NCBI GenBank assembly: GCA_032718475.1
Contig: JAUCBJ010008805.1
Span: forward strand, 1-54,084
DNA length: 54,084 nt
Source of the DNA: Nemertoderma westbladi
Taxonomy: Eukaryota; Animalia; Xenacoelomorpha
Reading direction: 5' to 3'
The stretch's first letter is position 1, and each line of letters starts with the position of its first letter. Below are positions 45,965-54,084 of this stretch, in pieces. The notes beneath the pieces are model-generated. The model did not search any database, was not told the DNA's origin, and saw only the letters and a program-made list of their open reading frames with translations. A program made the translations under genes and the position numbers.

Positions 45965-46649
45965 AGCTGCGCAAAGGCCCCACGAACGTGTTCCCACTGT
46001 ATACTTACAAAGGCCCCACGAACGTGTTCCCACTGTATACTTACAAAGGCCCCACGAACGTGTTCCTACTGTATACTTATATTGCGTGCTACACGAAGGC
46101 CCCACGAACGTGTTCCCACTGTATAAACTTATATTGCGTGCTACACGAAGGCCCCACGAACGTGTTCCCACTGTATAAACTTATATTGCGTGCTGCGCGA
46201 AGGCCCCACGAACGTGTTCCCGCTGTATAAACTTATATTGCGTGCTGCGCGAAGGCCCCACGAACGTGTTCCCACTGTATACTTATATTGCGTGCTGCGC
46301 GAAGGCCCCACGAACGTGTTCCCACTGTATACTTATATTGCGTGCTGCGCGAAGGCCCCACGAACGTGTTCCCACTGTATACTTATATTGCGTGCTGCGC
46401 GAAGGCCCCACGAACGTGTTCCCACTGTATACTTATATTGCGTGCTGCGCGAAGGCCCCACGAACGTGTTCCCACTGTATACTTATATTGCGTGCTGCGC
46501 GAAGGCCCCACGAACGTGTTCCCACTGTATACTTATATTGCGTGCTGCGCGAAGGCCCCACGAACGTGTTCCCACTGTATACTTATATTGCGTGCTGCGC
46601 GAAGGCCCCACGAACGTGTTCTTACTGTATACTTATATTGCGTGCTGCG
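45965..46649. repeat. 50-bp minisatellite, ~14 units with shorter variants at the left
   Basis: Unit cgaacgtgttcccactgtatacttatattgcgtgctgcgcgaaggcccca. Confidence 0.95.
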
Positions 46650-49600
46650 TGTAAAAGCTTCTGTGGGATATAACTGGCCCTTTTGCTTCGCAATCCAGTT
46701 TCCCCCCAGGCGCTGGAATACTCTAAAAAGGTTCTCTAACTGTATATATATTCCCCTCGCCCGCAAGGTACCTTTACAGGTGTTTTAACGGACATAAAAG
46801 TCATTCTGCTATATACGTGTTTTAGCGGACATGGTAAGGCAAAAAACCTGCAATGCGACAAATACCTTTCATAGCTTAGCCGTGATGATTCATATTACGA
46901 CATCTAACAGCTGGTTGCTGACATGGAAACAGCCATTGGACGCATGGTTCTTTGTTTGGCTTGAGCCAATCAGAGCGATTTTTCCTGTCGACGTGTAGCT
47001 TTTCGGTCGATCATAAGGAGAGTGTTCAGTCTTACTGTTTTTTCTTGATACTTTGTTGTTATTGCTGTCTAGGCCAGGAACAACGGCTCTAGAGTCAATT
47101 CGTTTCATACTTTTAGAAGAAACATTAGTAGGCTTAAATTATAGAGCGTATGACTGTTATCAATTCAATACAGTTCTTAACAACTCATATCACATATCGG
47201 TCCATATCAGTTCATATCGTAACTTAACATACCGTCTTAATGCTGTTTACTGTTGTGTTTTGGTTGAATATCATTTGGAGAACATATATAAAGAACCCAA
47301 ATTTCCCAATTTTCTTGATACACTACAGTTTAGAGAGACGGGTTATATATAGCGATTGCGACTTATATTGTTGTGGTTTGTAGTGAATTTATGCTATTTG
47401 ATAAGCACTACATTGGTCCGTTGCTATTCCCTTTATATATGATAAAATTCATTGACGGTCGGCAAATTAGTGAGCAGTATTGTGTGTTACCGGTAGTGTG
47501 CATGATTGTGACTGATAACTAAGCATTTCCTAAAGAATGCGCCTCATACGTGAATCTTAAGCCTTACCGACTTACCGTTGTGATTAGTGTAAGTCATATC
47601 TCTGTTTACTTAGATAGAGCGCCACGTCCTAAAGGAACTGTTAATATTTCCCGAAAGTAAATAATATTAGTCAGAAATTAATTATTAACGATCAATCGAA
47701 TAATACAATACAGTAAGCTTCACTGCAATAATAATTTAAGCCCTCAGAATCCAGTCTCCCGGGAATATCCAGCGGGTGAATGGACGCGCACTAGGCTGGC
47801 TTCTGCTAATGTTGTGTTTATTGGTATTAAATATTTGTCTTCTTCTAAAGTATATTTATAAACCAAAAGACATATAAATTTTGGCAGGTTAAACTGCTAA
47901 AGGTCTTCAAAAGCGCGTACAATAACAGTCATTGAGTTTATTGCAGTAAGCAATAAAGTTGAAAGTACCGGTCAACCGGTAAACCTGAACCGGTACTTCT
48001 GTAGGTCAGTAGGCCCAACTGCCAGAACCGGTACTGCTGTGGGTCCGTAGGTCCAACTGTCAGAACCAGTACTTCTGTAGGTCTGTAGGCCCAACTGTAC
48101 TAACCGGTACTTCCAGTATAAGTACATTAGTATTATTCGATTTTGATTATTGCATACCGGTAGGCTGTTTAAGAGATTAGGGACTGTACACCCCTTGTTT
48201 CTTTTGGAGCTTACTTATTTCTGTCAGTTTTATTTACATGTAAGTTAATATTGAGCTGAAGACATGTAAGTCTGCTCAGATTGTTCAGATAATTGTAGGC
48301 CGGACTGTTGTCAGATTGTTGTTGGGTTTGGAGAGATTACGGCGTGTGTGGAGTTTGTCCGATAGAGTGCCAGTTAGTAAGTTTGGGCAGCCATTGCTGT
48401 AAGGTCAATCCCCTCTTAAAGAATAAGTCGTACTACCATGTTAGAACGCATACTAACTAACAATTTTGGAATCTGCACATACTGTAGTTTATTTAGGCTT
48501 GACAGTATTCTGGCAGCGTTTTGGCTTGTGTTTGTTTGTGTGGTCTGTTCAGATACCGTAATAGTTATTACTCAGATATTTTGTAGGCTGGATTGTTGTC
48601 TAGCTATTATTAGGTCTGAAGAGATTGCTGCTTGTGTAGAGTTTGTCTGATAAAGTGCCAGTTAGTAAGTTGGGGCAGTCATAACTGTAAGGTCAATCCC
48701 CTCTTAAAGAATAAGTCGTACTACCGTGTTAGAACGCATACTAACTAACCGTTTTGGAATCTGCACATACAGTAGTTTATTTAGGCTTGGTGGTAGTCTG
48801 CCAGCGTTTGGTTTGTATTTTGTTTGAGTATTCTGTACGGGTAGCGTAATATTTATTATTCAGAGTTTATGCGATTATTCGCAACATTCATGTCCCCAAG
48901 TTTATTCCTACAGTAATTGTGTTTGTTATACATACCGTTATAGTTAAATTAACCCCGGTACTACACGGGCTGCTTGGCGTAGGACAAGACTGGTGACTTT
49001 GTGCTCTGGTCACTCCAGCAGATGCCGTGGTTCTTTTAACTGTTCAAGTATATTTAACTACTGATTATTTGTTGTACTAGTACTTGTACCTAATTTAGGG
49101 TTTAGTGTACAGTGCTTTCCGAAGTAATTAGTGTGTAGGCAGTATATTTGTGTTGTAAAGTGGTTAATAGGCACGCTGGATCTGGTAGTCCGCGGTAATT
49201 AACTTCTAGGTAGGAACACTCCGTGATACATAACGTAGTACCTATAGCGATACGGTTATAGGTCGTCAGGCGGTGGTATTTTCCTATCTGGACAGTGCAA
49301 TATATTTACTACTACTTATTATTTCCAAATACCGTAGTACCCTCTCCGTTGTAATAACCAGAATTCTAACCCTTTGTTAGACTGGTTTGTAGACTTCCTG
49401 TAAAATTGCCCTAAAAATTCGTACGTAATATTTTTTGTTGTGTTTAATTAGAGATTTAATCTCACCCGTATCATACGTAATTTGTAGTATTAAGTAACTT
49501 AGGTAAATTAGAATTATCTGTTTTAGTGTCCCATAAATAGCACTTCACTGAGAGCGCACAGCTTCTGTGTAGTGACCCCCAGAAATAATAACATTTATTT

Positions 49601-52600
49601 CAAATATTGATAAAACCCATTTTTAAACGGGTATATATCTATTATAAATCAACTCAAACGATTTATAAATAGTAGGCCTGCCATACAACAACTAGGTCTC
49701 AATATCAGTTGGACTACTGCTTAAATAACGGTAACAAAGTAAGTTAAAGTAACCAAGTAACCCTAAAATATTCAGAAAATCAATTATTCTAAAATAATTG
49801 ACATACCGGTATTTATCATAGGCTTATCATATTTATTTCTATAAATTTGAGCTGAAATCATACCGGTATTCTGTAATAATTCTAGTTCATAATTATACTT
49901 ATATATACTATAAGTGTAAGCTGTATACCGGTATTCACGATAGGCCTATTATATATTTATATATATTTGTGCTAAAATTATATACCGGTACTCTGTGACA
50001 AACTAGTTTAAAATACTTATATATATTATAAGTGCATACCGGTATTCTAATATACTGCAATAAATTACCGGTACTAGGCCAACGGTCATACTGAATTACT
50101 AGACTTGCTTTAACTGTAACTATAGCAGTAAGTATTCAACTGTATAGCTAAATATGTCTGACACTCAGCAAAACCTGTCAGACAGTCTAATCGATACAAC
50201 CATCTGTGACACAGATAGGAGTGTGGAGCGATTAAGAAAGGAGTTCAGCTCACCTCCTACTGAAAGAAAGGTCATCCCTCCAGTAGTAGTATCAGACCCT
50301 AAGTTAATCCAACACCGTAGGTCTATCATCGGCACTCGGGCCCAAGTCAAACGGAACCAGGAAGCAGCTGCCCCACAGCAGCAACAGCCTATTCAAGAAA
50401 CTTGTTCCCAGCGATCAGATAGCTCCAGTAGTTCGGATACTGTCGAACTGACCCCCGAACGCGGATTGCAGATGACGGCTAAAGCCTACTCGGACCCCCT
50501 TCTCACCCTTCCTGCCGCAGTGCTAACAACTATATTGATTGCTGTGGAGGAACATCAAGCAGATTGGGCGAGAAATAAGCGAGCGACCCAAGATAATTAT
50601 GCGGGATACGCCAGGGAAGAATTGATGTCTATTGTCGAGTCACAATGGAACTTTCCCGGACCCGGACTCCCGTTGGATCTGTCCGAGGCTACTTGGGAAG
50701 ATATACACAGGATGGGAGTGGCTAAAGATACGATGGATCCAGCTGTTTGGAAGAGGTCGGCAGCAGGATATGTGCAGGGATTCTTCGGCTCCTTAGAGAG
50801 ATTAGAAGAACAACTGTTTCGACAACCCCAAGGACCTCAAGAGCAGGAAGAACTGCTATATCAAGTACGCGAAAGAACCCTACGCATTCGACTAATCCTA
50901 TCAGCTTTTGAGGAAACTTCCAAAAGAAGACAGGACACGTCACTGCAGGTTGCTGTCAAAACTTGGTTCCAGCGGGTAGGTCTCCAAATCCAAGAAACAG
51001 ACCAGTGGAAATCCCAGCTGTCTGAGAGACTAACTTATGAAGAACCAACCGATGCCACCCTTTCTCAAGTGGAAGGCGAAGAGACCTCAGAGAAACCACG
51101 AACGAGAGACGCCATAGACATTTATCTGTCCGACTATCAGCGATTCCTAGGAGACGAAGAATTGAGGAGACGGCTGTCTGGACTTTCCCCCAATAGTGAA
51201 GGAACCCAGCGTGTGTTAGATTCAATCGATGCTGAAATGTTAGCTGCTAACCAAGCAGAATTTGATGAAAAACTCCGCCTCGCTAGAGTCCAAGAAGAAA
51301 AAGTAAAGAAAAGACGGATAGAGGAACAAAAGGCGGCGGCTACGGCAGAAGCAGAAGCAGAAAGAAAAGCAGCGGCGGCAGAAGTAGAAGCAGAAAGAAA
51401 GGCAGCGGCGGCAGAAGTAGAAGCAGAAAGAATAGCAGCAAGGGCAGCAGCGGCAGAAGCAGAAGCAAAAAGAAGGGCAGCAGCGGCAGAAGCAGAAGCA
51501 AAAAGAAAGGCAGCGGCGGCAGAAGCAAAGGCGGAAAGGGCAGTGGCAGAAGCAGAACGGAGAGCGTCTGAGCAGACTACCCAACTGGAGTTGGAAAATC
51601 TGCAAGAGACGCAAGACAACATAAATAAACAGTTAACTGCTAGTCACATGCAGATGATGAGAAAATCTACTCCCAACGCCAGGGATACACATCATCGGAA
51701 GAAAGTGAAACCACCGATCCTGAAGGCGGAGGAAATAGATCTCGTCTAAGCAGGCGTAGAAAAACATCTCATCGTCACAAATTGCCTGATTTGCCCCCAG
51801 CTGTTAGAAGACAACTAGCTAGCACAGACTTAGCGAGTACGGAACCCACATACCAAACTATTCAGGTCAAAAGACTCCCTACAATAGTTGATGAGCCTGA
51901 AATAATTAGGCCTGTCGTTCCCAAAGTCACACCTGTGCTAGAGACCCCTGTACTTCCAGAGCTTAACTCTAAGTTCCCTTTACACAGTACTACACTGCCT
52001 GTACCCGGTAGAACAGTCCATGAGAATATTCCTGTCCTGGAAGCTGAGAGAGAAATCAAAGATTTGTCTCCCGTCGTCCCACGTCAGCCCGCTACAATGT
52101 TGGCGACTCCCGCTTCGGCGGTTGAGTGGGTAGAGGAGGGACGGCGGGGGATGAATCTCCTGCTCGGACAGATGCAGGAGACTGTCCACCAGCTTAAGGG
52201 AACAGTAAGGGAAAGTAGGGCCGAATTGCAAGAAGTGTAGCAAAGTATCGCGCTAGAACGCGACAAATTAGTCAATATACAAAAGGGCATACCAATACCC
52301 CCTGTAACATTGTGTCAACCTGTTAGGTCTGAAGTATTACATGCGCAAGGTGTGGAGCCTACACGCATCTATACTGCTAGTGAAGTAGAAACTCCTATAG
52401 CAAACCCTATTAAGGGTGATTATAGACCTGTTATTAATGATATTCCCTATAGACCTGATAATGATCCGAGAAATTTATATACCGATAATTCGATATTAAA
52501 TAACACGATGGCCCAAGAAAGCTTTACGCGGCAGATAGCTAGAACAGAAGCCCGCCAAGCGGTCAAAGTGGGAGAGATCGTCAAATTCAATGGAGACGAG

Positions 52601-54084
52601 ATGAAATGGTTACCTTTCAACGAATATTACAAAGACAGCATACAGAACTCTGTACTATCTAACGGACAGAAACTTAGGTTCCTCATCAAGTGCTTGGAAG
52701 GACCTCCCAAGTTAATGGCGTTAAAGTTTATTGGACATCCAGAAGGATTAAGACAAGTATGGGATACATTAAACATCAGGTATGGTAACAAGGATAACAT
52801 AGCTAAGTATTTATATGCAAAATTAGTAGCCCCCCGACACTTCCTTAGTAGCGGGATTATAGAATTTTCCGATGAAATTCAGGAGATCTGTAGACAATTG
52901 GACTGGTTAGGTAAGTCTCATGAATATCAGAGTTCAATGGTTATTGGAGCTGTAGTCTCTACTTTACCAAAGGGTGGAGTATGTACACGCTGGGACAAGA
53001 AAGTGTTGTACATGAACGAACAACAACGACGAAGTCCTACCATGGCTGATCTCATGTCCTTCTTAGATGGTGAGGTAAAACTACAACTCATCAAGCAGTC
53101 CAGAGAGAAAACATCGGAAAATAAGGTAAGTGAGAAACCCGCTTCTAGGAGAAGAATAACACCGGTGTGTTACACTGACGACGGCGAAAGCCAAGTTTCT
53201 CAAGAAGAGGACAGCGGGAAAGATACTGAGCGATCTTACTACGTTGACAAAACCTCAAAAGATGTAAGTAAATACAAGGCTCGAAACAATGATAGGAGAG
53301 AACAGGTTGCCAAGACCCCCCCTCAGTCTCCTAACAGAATGCACCGAAGAAAACCCGAAGAAAAAACGAGAGTGCATCAAGTTACCCAAGGTAAGGTGAG
53401 TAACATAAAACCTAACTGTGCGCTGTGCGACGGGACCCACCGTTTGAGTGCGTGTGCTGAATTTCTAAAGAAATCCCTTGTAGACAGACGTGCAGTTGTG
53501 TGGGACAAGCGGTTATGCTATAATTGCCTCAGACCAGGACACCAACAGCGAACCTGTTACTCCGACATAAAGTGTGCAAAGTGTGGCGCGAAACATCACA
53601 TCTTGTTACACAGTGAGTTCGAACGAGACAAACAGAGTCAGGTAAGTGAGCCCGAACTACATGTCCAATTCAGTGATGTAAACGACACTGATCAGGAGTC
53701 TGAGATGGAAGGATTCTATACTGATGAATTCTCCGACGCCAATGAATCCTGTTATCTAATCAATACCGCAGTGTATCGAGCACTTACTTATGAAAAGGAC
53801 ACCAACAATGAGTTTCCCCCAACTACTTTTGCCAAACAACCATCTTGGAAAGCTCCAACTTCCAACGTAGGAATCAGAGAATTTCCTGTAGTGCAGGTAA
53901 GAGTTCACGGTCTTAACAAAAGTTACATAGTGAACGCCCTCCTTGACTCCGGCAGCACAGGAACATTCATCGATCAAGAATTAGCCGAAGATATCTTTGC
54001 TGGACAACCCAAGTTCCGGACTAAATTAAATATGTCAGGAATTATGCAGGTTTGGAAATCTACCTTAATGGCAGATTACTATGT
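46650..54084 (+). mobile_element. Bel/Pao LTR retrotransposon family B, right copy; continues off the right edge
   Basis: Begins TG at 46650; ~3.5 kb of LTR plus leader; gag with capsid region, triple knuckle and ALLDSGS protease. Confidence 0.92.
50154..54084 (+). pseudogene. gag: Gag-protease of family B with a frameshift (~51640) and an in-frame TAG (52238-52240)
   Basis: AAAAEAEAERK coiled-coil; KFNGDEMKWLPF..LIKCLEG (~52580-52700); CALCDGTHRLSAC, CYNCLRPGHQQRTC, CAKCGAKHHILLH (53417-53612); LLDSGS at ~53940. Confidence 0.88.

Larger units (their letters stand above)
44330..46000. mobile_element. HINE/MITE-like element related to 9268-9905, interrupted by a hAT MITE
   Basis: Starts atgtggggcgag.cacg.agt, has (GTC)n, shares aaact..gta.gta.gtagt..aaagtttagaaag, and ends gctgcgc.aag.ccccacgaacgtgtt. 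Confidence 0.6.

Noticed and set aside
45965-46649. 50-bp array (and the 37-bp array at 45027) as CRISPR
   Set aside because: Head-to-tail identical units with no unique spacers, no cas genes, eukaryotic context.
45932-46788. Overlapping ORFs in the 50-bp array
   Set aside because: Translations of a stop-poor tandem repeat.
52238-52243. Programmed readthrough at TAG-CAA
   Set aside because: It lies mid-gag in a copy that also has a frameshift; a CAG>TAG mutation is simpler.

Overview
AT-rich, intron-containing animal (probably invertebrate) genomic DNA dominated by transposable elements. (1) A host gene on the + strand, missed by the ORF track, has eight in-frame GT-AG exons (8358-41216). 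They encode the C-terminal ~395 aa of a mosaic protein: betagamma-crystallin Greek keys, FN2, TSP1 and an F5/8-type C (discoidin-like) domain. (2) Intron 12217-32700 holds a full-length 19.6-kb Bel/Pao LTR retrotransposon on the - strand (12811-32425; ~1.88-kb LTRs, ~99.5% identical by eye). It is unusual in several ways: an extra 1140-aa ORF with a DEDDy/WRN-type 3'-5' exonuclease and three zinc knuckles; non-TG..CA ends; no tRNA-type PBS, but an 11-nt PBS-position sequence exactly complementary to a site in its own LTR; a tRNA-like Pol III cassette in U3; ~10 dispersed copies of a 17-bp quasi-palindrome; and a pol split by a ~1.8-kb insert. (3) Two partial copies of a second Bel/Pao family sit at the window edges in divergent orientation. 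(4) The rest contains CRE-type and RTE-like LINE fragments, Penelope fragments, a SINE, a hAT-type MITE, HINE/MITE-like elements and 37-bp and 50-bp minisatellites. All assignments come from reading motifs by eye; no searches were run.
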